Translations under genes and position numbers: made by a program
Part shown: one piece after another, positions 20,413 through 29,159 of the stretch
How positions within the stretch are numbered: position 1 is the stretch's first letter
Layout: the number at the start of each line of letters is the position of its first letter
Source of the DNA: Bacteroidota bacterium
GTDB lineage: Bacteria > Bacteroidota > Bacteroidia > Chitinophagales > Chitinophagaceae
DNA: 45,935 nucleotides
Direction: 5' to 3'
NCBI GenBank assembly: GCA_018268185.1
Contig: JAFDXA010000293.1
Span: 1-45,935 of the forward strand
The notes under the pieces: model-generated
Databases searched by the model: none
What the model was told of the DNA's origin: nothing
What the model saw: the letters and a program-made list of their open reading frames with translations, nothing else

Positions 20413-20591
20413 TATGGAAATATGAAGACGTGAGGATTAAAAAAAATCAGCTAAGTCATACCTTTCAAACTTCCTCACAACAGATCAGGTAATATCGAAC
20501 AAGGAATTTTGAATAAAGAAATTTTACCACGAAGGGGCCAAGGCACAGAATAACACAAGGATAATTTTCAAATTGACTCCTCTCCAAATTA

Positions 20592-21479
20592 TCACATCTC
20601 CTTCTTAAACTTCAAATTCGCCACATACACGCCGCCAAGAATAACCGCAAGGCTTAACACCTGTTTCCAGCCAACCTGTTCTCCGTAGATGATTCCCCAC
20701 ATTATAGCTACAACCGGGATGCCATAGGTAACCATGGAAGAAAATACTGCGCCGGCTCTTTTGATCAGCATGTAAAAAATTATAGACGCTATAGCTGTTC
20801 CCCCGATGCCAAGTAAAGCAGAAAAGCCCGTAGAAGAAATCACTGCCTTATTGCTGAGCTCAAGATCGAAGTAACCGGTGAAATACAACACCACCAAAGC
20901 AGGAACTGCATTCAGTCCCAGTGCGAGGGATGCAATCTGTATTGAGGGAATATGATTAAGATAACGATGAACCATGTTTACATTCAATCCATACATGATG
21001 GTAGCAATCACCACCAGCAGGATGTAAAAGAAATTGCTCTTCTCTGAAAAATTCGGCTGAGAGAAAAAAAGCAATACACTGCCACTGAATGCTATGATGA
21101 TCCCGATCACCTTATTGGTAGGCGTTCTTGCCTTGAAGAAAAGCGCCCCGATGATGATCACAAAAATGGGCGTGAGCGAATTGAGCACTCCAGCCAGGGC
21201 GCTGTCGATCTCCTCTTCTGCAATACAGAAAAGGTAGGCCGGCAGCAGGCTTCCCAACGTGCCCGACATAAATGTTACAAATATTTTATTAGCTGGTATC
21301 TTTCCAAAGCTCCTGATGGCCACCGGTAGTAATACCAGGCCGGAAAAAATGATCCGCAGGGACGCCACCTGGTAAGCTGTAAGCGCCACCAGTCCTTCTT
21401 TCATTAAAATAAAACTACTTCCCCAGATAAATGAAAGCGCAATAAAGATGAGCCAGTTTATGAGTTTATGATTTGACAA
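20592..21479 (-). CDS. EamA/DMT family transporter
   Basis: About 10 TMs, IWGSSF start motif, duplicated EamA architecture. Confidence 0.92.
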   Translation of the reverse strand: MSNHKLINWLIFIALSFIWGSSFILMKEGLVALTAYQVASLRIIFSGLVLLPVAIRSFGKIPANKIFVTFMSGTLGSLLPAYLFCIAEEEIDSALAGVLNSLTPIFVIIIGALFFKARTPTNKVIGIIIAFSGSVLLFFSQPNFSEKSNFFYILLVVIATIMYGLNVNMVHRYLNHIPSIQIASLALGLNAVPALVVLYFTGYFDLELSNKAVISSTGFSALLGIGGTAIASIIFYMLIKRAGAVFSSMVTYGIPVVAIMWGIIYGEQVGWKQVLSLAVILGGVYVANLKFKKEM

Positions 21480-21615
21480 TTATTGATTTTTTTAAAAAAA
21501 AGGCCGTAAAAATACCAACAATGTTAACTATTCCAGCGCTTTTGTTTGAAATAATCTTTTAGTTCCTGTATATTTATCTGCTCTAACCTTATCTTATAAC
21601 CTAAAACTCTACATT

Positions 21616-21987
21616 ATGGGATTCCTCAAAGAATTTAAAGATTTTGCCATGAAAGGCAATATTGTTGATCTTGCTGTTGCTGTGATCATCGGTGGAGCCT
21701 TTGGCGCCATAGTATCGTCACTCGTTGATGATATTATTACACCTTTGCTTTTAAATCCAGCTCTAAAAGCCGCAGGAGCTGAAAATATTGGACAATTATC
21801 ATGGCATGCTGTTAAATATGGTAACTTTTTAGCTGCCATTATTAAGTTTGTTGTTATTGCACTTGTATTATTCTCGATTATCAAAGCGATGAATTCTTTA
21901 AAAAAGAAGGAAGAAGCAGCCCCTCCTCCCGCTCCATCTTCTACCGACCAATTGCTGATGGAAATACGGGATTCGCTCAAAAAATAA
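21616..21987 (+). CDS. mscL: Large-conductance mechanosensitive channel
   Basis: Motifs FKDFAMKGNIVDLAVAVIIGGAF and LLMEIRDSL. Confidence 0.97.
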   Translation: MGFLKEFKDFAMKGNIVDLAVAVIIGGAFGAIVSSLVDDIITPLLLNPALKAAGAENIGQLSWHAVKYGNFLAAIIKFVVIALVLFSIIKAMNSLKKKEEAAPPPAPSSTDQLLMEIRDSLKK

Positions 21988-22064
21988 TGAGCAATATCAT
22001 TTTTATACATCAACGGCTGCAGCTAACTTTGCAGCCGTTTTTTAATCACCACAAACTACTAAAC

Positions 22065-23009
22065 ATGAAAAAAACCTTATCACTTTCCTTATTACTGGTT
22101 CTGTTTTCTTTTGCTAACGCACAGGATCAAACGGTGAAAGATCTCAAAAAAGAATCCGAGAAAACAATTGCCAAAGACCCTAAAGACACGGCTCAAAAAA
22201 CCTGGAAAACGGGTGGCATCTTTAACCTCAACATCAACCAGGGCTCTCAAAGCAACTGGGCTGCGGGTGGCGATAAATTTTCATTCTCATTAAACGCATA
22301 CCTGAACCTTTACGCTTTTTATAAAAAGAACAAACATTCCTGGGATAACAATCTTGATCTTGCTTATGGCATTGTAAACACAACCAGCCTCGGTTCACGC
22401 AAAGCCAGTGATCGTATTGATTTCTTATCCAAGTACGGTTATGCAATTGCAAAGCACTGGAATGCCGCTGCCTTGCTGAATCTTCGCACTCAGTTTGCGA
22501 AAGGTTATGCTTATTCAAAAACGGCAGCCGGAAAAGATACCTCAAGTGTGATTTCTAATTTCTTTGCACCGGCATATATGCTTTTATCATTGGGCGTTGA
22601 CTATAAACCGAAAGATAACTTCTCCGTTTTCATTTCGCCAATTACCGCCCGCTATGTATTTGTAACTGATGATATCCTTGCTCCCAAATTCGGGCTTGAT
22701 TCAGGCAAAAATGTAAAATCAGAATTCGGTGCGTTCCTTTCTGCCAATTACATGAAAAAGATTGGTGAAAAATTCACTTTCAAAACAAGGCTCGACCTGT
22801 TCTCGAATTATAAAAAGAACCCACAGAATATCGATGTATTCTGGTCTAATGTGCTGACAGCCTCCATAACCAAACACATTAATTTTTCTTTGAACGTAGA
22901 CATGATCTATGATGACGACACCAAAAATGTTGACCCTACGAAAGGACCTGCCCCACAATGGCTGGAGCTGATGGGAATCGGTTTTGCCTATAATTTCGGT
23001 AAAAAATAA
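22065..23009 (+). CDS. Outer-membrane beta-barrel protein, DUF3078-like
   Basis: Signal peptide from ATG 22065 (MKKTLSL...ANAQ), NWAAGG motif, alternating beta-strand pattern. A TAACTTTG promoter motif lies at 22024-22031. Confidence 0.8.
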   Translation: MKKTLSLSLLLVLFSFANAQDQTVKDLKKESEKTIAKDPKDTAQKTWKTGGIFNLNINQGSQSNWAAGGDKFSFSLNAYLNLYAFYKKNKHSWDNNLDLAYGIVNTTSLGSRKASDRIDFLSKYGYAIAKHWNAAALLNLRTQFAKGYAYSKTAAGKDTSSVISNFFAPAYMLLSLGVDYKPKDNFSVFISPITARYVFVTDDILAPKFGLDSGKNVKSEFGAFLSANYMKKIGEKFTFKTRLDLFSNYKKNPQNIDVFWSNVLTASITKHINFSLNVDMIYDDDTKNVDPTKGPAPQWLELMGIGFAYNFGKK

Positions 23010-23031
23010 TTCAACAGACATCAATACCAAC

Positions 23032-23058
23032 GGCCCTGCCTCATGGCGGGGCTTTTTT
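23032..23058 (+). terminator. Intrinsic terminator
   Basis: GGCCCTGCC-tcat-GGCGGGGCT followed by a T run. Confidence 0.85.
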
Positions 23059-23156
23059 CATTCCATTAGCTGGATTATGTGTTTATAACTTGAGCTTGGC
23101 CGGGTTTTTACATACACTGAAACCCGTTAACTTTGACGCCTCACAAAACAGCATAC

Positions 23157-23963
23157 GTGAACGCAAATACACCGAATTACCAGATCAAGTTAGACCAGTT
23201 CCAGGGGCCTTTCGATCTCCTGCTTTTCTTCATTGAAAGAGATGAACTGGATATATATAATATACCGATCACGAAGATCACGAACGACTTCCTGGATCAT
23301 ATACACCAGTCAGAAAAACTGAATATTGAACTCAGTAGTGAGTTTATCCTTTTTGTAAGTACGCTGATGCGTATCAAAGCAAAAATGTTGTTGCCACGCA
23401 AAGAGCTGGATGAACAAGGCAACGAGATCGATCCACGAAAAGAACTTATCGACAAGATCCTTGAATATAAAAAGTTCAAAGAGGCTTCGGTTAAAATGGC
23501 TGAAATGGAAGCTACCCGTATGCTGATGTTGAAGCGGGGAAACCTGCAGAAAGAGCTTTCTAAAATAGGGGAAGAAGCCGGCGAAGGAACCGAGATCCAG
23601 GCTGTTACCCTGTTCAAACTGATGAAGGCATTTGAAAAAGTTGCCAATCGTCTTCGTGAAAAGAATAACAAGCCCGTACACACCGTGGTGCGATACAATT
23701 ACACCATGGAAGGCATCCGCGATTATGTACTTGATGTGTGCAGTAAGGAGAAAACGATCTCTTTTGAAAAAATGTTTGAAGTATGTAATGACCGTATTCA
23801 CGCCATATTCATCTTCCTCAACATGCTGGAACTTGTTCAGCAGAAATACCTGCAGATCCTGATCGGTGAAGGCAGAAACAACTTCATTGTTGAATACAAT
23901 GAGAACCGGGAAGAAGATCATTTTGTACAGCTAACGCAGGAAGATTTCGGTCACCTGAATTAA
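23157..23963 (+). CDS. scpA: Segregation and condensation protein A (kleisin)
   Basis: FQGPFDLLLFFI, LMRIKAKMLLP, and C-terminal IFIFLNMLEL. The track's TTG start at 23133 lies inside a TAACTTTG promoter motif (23128-23135), so GTG 23157 is preferred. Confidence 0.92.
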   Translation: MNANTPNYQIKLDQFQGPFDLLLFFIERDELDIYNIPITKITNDFLDHIHQSEKLNIELSSEFILFVSTLMRIKAKMLLPRKELDEQGNEIDPRKELIDKILEYKKFKEASVKMAEMEATRMLMLKRGNLQKELSKIGEEAGEGTEIQAVTLFKLMKAFEKVANRLREKNNKPVHTVVRYNYTMEGIRDYVLDVCSKEKTISFEKMFEVCNDRIHAIFIFLNMLELVQQKYLQILIGEGRNNFIVEYNENREEDHFVQLTQEDFGHLN

Positions 23964-23966
23964 TTG

Positions 23967-24001
23967 AAAGGGTTGTAAATGAAAGTTTGCAACCCTTTTT
24001 T
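23967..24001 (+). terminator. Intrinsic terminator after scpA
   Basis: AAAGGGTTGTAAA-tgaaag-TTTGCAACCCTTT followed by Ts. Confidence 0.8.
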
Positions 24002-24025
24002 CTTACAAGTATTCATCAGAAAAAT

Positions 24026-24703
24026 ATGAACAATACAAATACGGTTGAAAAGCTGGTAAATATGTTTGATGTAAAAGCAGCCATTTTCGACCTGGATGGA
24101 ACTTTGATCGACAACAATGCCTTCCACCTTAAAACATGGAAAATATATCTTGAAAACCTGGGCATAGATATCAGTGAAGAAGCTTATCGTAAAAATATCA
24201 ATGGCAGAACCAACAAGGATGCGCTTGAATACATCTATAACCGGAAGATGACCGATGAAGAAGCCATGGTTTATGCCATGGAGAAAGAAGCTTTATACCG
24301 GGAGATATACAGGCCCTTTATAAAACCGGTTGATGGGTTGCTTGATTTACTGGATTCATTGCATCGACTAAATATCCCGATGGCGATCGCCACATCAGGC
24401 ATCCAGGTCAATATTGATTTTATGTTCGAGCATATTCCCCTCAGGCCATATTTCAAAGAGATTGTGAATTCATCACATATAAAAAAAGGAAAACCTGATC
24501 CTGAAATTTACCTGAAGGCTGCTTCCCTCCTTGAAATTGCCCCGGCCAACTGCCTGGCTTTTGAAGATGCGGCCGTTGGCATCAGGTCGGCAAAAGATGC
24601 CGGCATGAAAGTAATTGCCATCACTACTACCCAAACTTCTGAAGAATTGAAAGAAGCTGATATGATCGTAGCTGATTTCAATGCTTCCAGCTTCATGCTA
24701 TAA
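24026..24703 (+). CDS. HAD family phosphatase (beta-phosphoglucomutase-like)
   Basis: Motifs FDLDGTL, ATS, KPDPEIY and FED. Start is at 24026 or 24062. Confidence 0.9.
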   Translation: MNNTNTVEKLVNMFDVKAAIFDLDGTLIDNNAFHLKTWKIYLENLGIDISEEAYRKNINGRTNKDALEYIYNRKMTDEEAMVYAMEKEALYREIYRPFIKPVDGLLDLLDSLHRLNIPMAIATSGIQVNIDFMFEHIPLRPYFKEIVNSSHIKKGKPDPEIYLKAASLLEIAPANCLAFEDAAVGIRSAKDAGMKVIAITTTQTSEELKEADMIVADFNASSFML

Positions 24704-24724
24704 TGTCAGCAATATATCTGGCCC

Positions 24725-24747
24725 TATATTTGATGTTTAAACATCAA
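24725..24747 (+). promoter_or_regulatory. -7 element overlapped by a perfect 18-bp palindrome (putative operator)
   Basis: TATATTTG at 24725-24732; TTGATGTTTAAACATCAA at 24730-24747. Confidence 0.75.
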
Positions 24748-24761
24748 TTAAATTTACTATT

Positions 24762-25478
24762 ATGAAAATGTTGATACAAAGGGCCGGTGAAAGAGGCTCG
24801 GCCGACTATGGCTGGTTAAAACCCAATTATTATTTCAGTTTCTCTCATTATCATGACCCTGAAAAAGTTCATTTCGGTATGCTGAGGGTACTGAATGATG
24901 ACTACATCGCTGGTGGCGGCGCTTTTCCCCCGCACCCTCATGATAATATGGAGATTGTAACCATACCTTTTACGGGGGCTCTCAAGCACAAGGATAACAC
25001 AGGGGGACAAGGTGTTATACAGGCCGGCGATATACAGATCATGAGTGCCGGTTCCGGCATCACACACTCTGAAGCAAATGCTTCGGCTACCGACCCGGTT
25101 ACACTTTTCCAGGTTTGGGTGTTTCCTAAAAAGAGGAATATAACGCCGAGGTATGATCAAAGGAAATTTGATATCAATGAAAGAAATGACAGTTGGCAGG
25201 TTGTTGTTTCTCCAAGAGAAGAAGACAATGCTTTATGGATAAACCAGGATGCCCGTTTCTCGCTTACAAATTTGAGCTCCGGCAACAGCCTTACTTATGA
25301 AAATGCATTCAAAGGCAATGGCGTTTACCTGGTTGTGATAAAAGGTTCGGTTGAAGTGAATGGAACTGTTTTTAATACAAGAGATGCAGTGGGTATTTCT
25401 GAAACAGACAGTTTTGAAGTTAAAGCCTCAGAGGATTCAGAACTGCTGGCTATAGAAGTTCCTATGAACCTTTCTTAA
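24762..25478 (+). CDS. Pirin family protein (YhhW-like)
   Basis: Motifs FGMLRVLNDD, HPHDNMEI and MSAGSGITHSE. Confidence 0.93.
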   Translation: MKMLIQRAGERGSADYGWLKPNYYFSFSHYHDPEKVHFGMLRVLNDDYIAGGGAFPPHPHDNMEIVTIPFTGALKHKDNTGGQGVIQAGDIQIMSAGSGITHSEANASATDPVTLFQVWVFPKKRNITPRYDQRKFDINERNDSWQVVVSPREEDNALWINQDARFSLTNLSSGNSLTYENAFKGNGVYLVVIKGSVEVNGTVFNTRDAVGISETDSFEVKASEDSELLAIEVPMNLS

Positions 25479-26128
25479 TAATAGATCCAGAGTGTTACTG
25501 GCTTGTCTGCCTCTTCAATATACTTTTTAAGGATTTTTAAAAAAGCTGGGGAAACCGTAGGGCAACCCCAGCTTTTGCATATAGGGAACGGGTCTGTTTC
25601 AGATTCAGGAACACAACTGTGCGAATGCAATACAACAAAACGGTTGAATGCATTGCTGTTTGTTCTATCGAGTCCGTATAACTTAAAAGCCAGTCCGAAC
25701 TTACCAACATAAGAGTTGCCAATACGGTATTTTCCCAAAGAAGTGCAGTTGCTATTCGCTGTATTGGAAAAAAACAGATCACCGGCGCCTTTATCAGAAC
25801 CACTTCCATGTGTTACCAACCCTGCTGCTTCCACTGAATCTTTTTGCAGGTTGTAAACAAAGAAACGATTCTTGCCGGATGCTATTTTCATATCTACCAG
25901 GAAACAATAACCTGTATCGTAATCATTGATTTCATTGAAGGCTCCTGCCAGTCGGGCTTTTTGTTTTAGCCTGGTATAAACCGTTTCATTGATAACGGGC
26001 TTCTTTTTAAAAACTGCCGATGAAACATGATGATCGAATTTCGGTTTGTACCAGAAAAAATAACCGCATACAGTAACGCAGGTAAACAGCAGGAATAGAA
26101 ATGCAAGAATTTTCAGGAAGATGCGCAT
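25475..26128 (-). CDS. Murein L,D-transpeptidase catalytic-domain protein (YkuD_2-like)
   Basis: VTHGSG, SLGKY, NSNAFNRFVVLH and SWGCP (catalytic His/Cys), with an N-terminal anchor. Confidence 0.85.
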   Translation of the reverse strand: MRIFLKILAFLFLLFTCVTVCGYFFWYKPKFDHHVSSAVFKKKPVINETVYTRLKQKARLAGAFNEINDYDTGYCFLVDMKIASGKNRFFVYNLQKDSVEAAGLVTHGSGSDKGAGDLFFSNTANSNCTSLGKYRIGNSYVGKFGLAFKLYGLDRTNSNAFNRFVVLHSHSCVPESETDPFPICKSWGCPTVSPAFLKILKKYIEEADKPVTLWIYY

Positions 26129-26215
26129 AGAAAGTATACTGCCTTTGGATGCATAACGGAAGGCTTTCCATAAAATTTCTTTTGTGCTGTTAAAGAAACC
26201 TTATACCCTGCTCAT

Positions 26216-26239
26216 AAAAAAAGCCGGCTTGTGCCGGCT
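26216..26239 (-). terminator. Intrinsic terminator after dxs
   Basis: Minus strand AGCCGGC-acaa-GCCGGCT followed by a T run. Confidence 0.85.
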
Positions 26240-26263
26240 GTATCAAATATTTGTCTCCATGTA

Positions 26264-28192
26264 TTAAACCAGTGCTTTGGCTTTTATTTTCACAGATGCC
26301 ATTTCCCTGATCACTCCTGCTATTCCATTAGCATCAATGCCGATCTCATCGTACAGTTGTTTCGGGGTACCGTGCTCTACCAGCCTGTCGGGAATTCCCA
26401 TAACCCCCACATCAGCCTTATAACCATGTTCGTTCATGAACTCAAGTATGGCAGAACCAAATCCGCCTACAACGGTACCGTCTTCTACCGTAATTACTTT
26501 ATTGAATTTGCCAAAAACCTCATGGAGCATGGCTTCATCTAATGGCTTTACAAAGCGCATGTCGTAATGTGCAGGATTAATGCCTTCAGACTTTACATCA
26601 CGTATAGCCGCGGCAGCAAAGTTTCCTGGATGCCCGAATGTAAGGATGGCGATGTCTTCTCCATCCTTCAGTTTTCTTCCTGTTCCCACTTTGATCTCTT
26701 CCATCTTCGTTTTCCATTCCGGCATCACACCTTCTCCTCTTGGATAACGGATCACAAAAGGATATTGATTGCTTTCCAGTTGAGCCGTATACATGAGGTT
26801 ACGCAATTCGGCTTCATTCATCGGAGAACTCACGATCATATTCGGGATACAACGCATGTAAGCAATGTCATAACAGCCGTGGTGTGTTGGACCGTCTTCG
26901 CCTACAAGGCCAGCCCTATCGAGGCAGAATACAACCGGCAATTTCTGAATAGCCACATCATGTATCACCATATCGTAAGCCCTTTGCATAAAGGAAGAAT
27001 AGATATTACAGAACACCCGCATGCCCTGTGTAGCCAGGCCGGCACTCAATGTAACTGCATGCTGTTCGCAGATACCTACGTCAAAAGCACGGTCTGGCAT
27101 TTGTTCCATCATGAATTTTAAGGATGAACCGCTCGGCATGGCCGGTGTTATTCCCATGATGGTTTTATTCTGTTCTGCCAGTTCTATGATGGTATGACCA
27201 AATACGTCCTGGTATTTCGGAGGTTGAGGAAGATCGAATTTCTTTTTCACGATCTCGCCGGTAACCTTATCGAACAGGCCGGGTGCATGCCATTTGGTCT
27301 GGTCTTTTTCTGCCAGTTCATAACCCTTTCCTTTGACTGTTTTGATGTGTAGCAGTTTTGCACCGGGAATATCTTTCAGGTCGTTCAGGGTATCGATCAG
27401 CTTGGTGATATTGTGCCCATCAATCGGCCCGAAATAACGAAGTTTCAAAGCTTCGAATAGATTACTGCTCTTACTCACGATACCTTTCAGGCTAGCTTCT
27501 ACTTTACTGGCCATATCGCGACTGAAATTCTTTCCCGGAAGTTTACCGAGTGCTTTCCACACATTGTCACGCAGGTCATTATAAGTATGCGAAGTAGTGA
27601 TATCCGTAAGATATTCTTTCAATGCACCAACGTTAGGATCAATGCTCATGCAGTTGTCATTCAGAATGATGAGCACATTACTTTTCTCGATACCGGCATG
27701 GTTCATGGCTTCAAATGCGAGGCCGGCTGTCATCGCTCCGTCGCCTATGATGGCTACGTGTTGCCTGTCGGTTTCACCTTTATAATGTGATGCCATCGCC
27801 ATACCCAAAGCGGCAGAAATAGATGTTGAAGAGTGTCCAACACCGAAAGTATCATACACGCTTTCACTTCTTTTCGGGAAACCACTCAAACCATTGTACT
27901 TCCTGTTGGTAATGAAATTATCGCGGCGGCCGGTAAGTATTTTATGGCCATAAGCCTGGTGGCCTACGTCCCATACGAGCTGATCGTAAGGTGTGTTGAA
28001 AACATAATGAAGGGCCACACTTAATTCTACTACCCCAAGGCTGGCTCCAAAGTGCCCGCCATGAACACTTACTACGTCGATGATGTATTGTCTCAACTCC
28101 TGGCAAACCTGGAGCATCTGATCCTTACCCAGTTTCTTGAGATCATCAGGGCTATTGATGTGCTGCAATAGCTGACCTGGTTTTATTTCCAT
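26264..28192 (-). CDS. dxs: 1-deoxy-D-xylulose-5-phosphate synthase
   Basis: Motifs WDVGHQAY, GDGAMTAG...NDN (ThDP binding) and DRAGLVGEDGPTH. Confidence 0.98.
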   Translation of the reverse strand: MEIKPGQLLQHINSPDDLKKLGKDQMLQVCQELRQYIIDVVSVHGGHFGASLGVVELSVALHYVFNTPYDQLVWDVGHQAYGHKILTGRRDNFITNRKYNGLSGFPKRSESVYDTFGVGHSSTSISAALGMAMASHYKGETDRQHVAIIGDGAMTAGLAFEAMNHAGIEKSNVLIILNDNCMSIDPNVGALKEYLTDITTSHTYNDLRDNVWKALGKLPGKNFSRDMASKVEASLKGIVSKSSNLFEALKLRYFGPIDGHNITKLIDTLNDLKDIPGAKLLHIKTVKGKGYELAEKDQTKWHAPGLFDKVTGEIVKKKFDLPQPPKYQDVFGHTIIELAEQNKTIMGITPAMPSGSSLKFMMEQMPDRAFDVGICEQHAVTLSAGLATQGMRVFCNIYSSFMQRAYDMVIHDVAIQKLPVVFCLDRAGLVGEDGPTHHGCYDIAYMRCIPNMIVSSPMNEAELRNLMYTAQLESNQYPFVIRYPRGEGVMPEWKTKMEEIKVGTGRKLKDGEDIAILTFGHPGNFAAAAIRDVKSEGINPAHYDMRFVKPLDEAMLHEVFGKFNKVITVEDGTVVGGFGSAILEFMNEHGYKADVGVMGIPDRLVEHGTPKQLYDEIGIDANGIAGVIREMASVKIKAKALV

Positions 28193-28351
28193 GCTGTTAG
28201 TGGATTGAATATCGTGTAAAATTATGCTTTTAATCTGCTTTACCTACGATTGCAAGACAATTTTTTATCTATAAAGTTCAATACTGGCAAAGATTTGCAC
28301 AGATTTAAGTACTTGTGGGTTGATTACCCGGTAATATAGACTGCATTTTTT

Positions 28352-29071
28352 TTATATGTACCTGTTCAGTTGGAGTACAAGGTCCGGTTCGGGACAGTTC
28401 TGAAGAAAAGCCTGGGAATCCCTTGCGGTACATACACCGGGATAATCCCCTTCATAATTTTCCATATCGATGATAAGCTGGAAATGCAGGTGCGGTGGCC
28501 AGTTTCCATTCTCTGCAGGCTTGCCGAAATGGGCAAAGCATTGCCCATGGGATATAGGCATTCCTTTCTCAAGAGAATCAAGATCGGAAAATGACAGATG
28601 CCCATACAAGCTGTGGAACTTCATGCCATCCAGTTGGTGCTCAAGTATGATGGTAGCGCCGTAATCTCCATGGTTATCATTGAATGCAAAACTGTGAACG
28701 ATTCCATTAAGCGGGGCGAATACCGGTGTTCCCGCCGGCGACCAGATATCGGTACCGAGGTGAATGCAACGAGGTTCGGGTATTTCATTACCTGTTGGCA
28801 AAAGATTCTTATCAAACAATTCGCTCCGGCTGTACATACCCCTGTGTTCATTGTAACCGCCGATGAGATATGTTGCCTGTTGGGAGATCAATTGCTGATG
28901 GATATATGCGGAAAAAACCGCCGTATCTGTAAAAACAGTTTCATCAAAGCCAGGACTATCTTTAGAAAGATCAATCGAAGCGATACGATTTTCTGCTGGA
29001 TCAAAAATTACTACGGTATGAAGATCACCTGCATATTTTTGAAGAATACTATGAAGCTGACCTGTTGCCAT
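28352..29071 (-). CDS. M23 family metallopeptidase domain protein
   Basis: Zinc motifs HxxxD (HLGTD), YGHL and HLHF. No obvious signal peptide. Confidence 0.85.
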   Translation of the reverse strand: MATGQLHSILQKYAGDLHTVVIFDPAENRIASIDLSKDSPGFDETVFTDTAVFSAYIHQQLISQQATYLIGGYNEHRGMYSRSELFDKNLLPTGNEIPEPRCIHLGTDIWSPAGTPVFAPLNGIVHSFAFNDNHGDYGATIILEHQLDGMKFHSLYGHLSFSDLDSLEKGMPISHGQCFAHFGKPAENGNWPPHLHFQLIIDMENYEGDYPGVCTARDSQAFLQNCPEPDLVLQLNRYI

Positions 29072-29079
29072 TTTTCTTT

Positions 29080-29153
29080 CTTTGTGGGGCTTTGTGACTT
29101 ATCAGCTTTGTGGCAAATACCACGGAGACACAAAGACACTAAGAAACACAAAG
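29080..29153. repeat. Imperfect inverted repeat built from CACAAAG modules
   Basis: Two 34-nt arms (29080-29113 and 29120-29153), 22/34 complementary, 6-nt loop. Confidence 0.75.
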
Positions 29154-29159
29154 CTTTTT

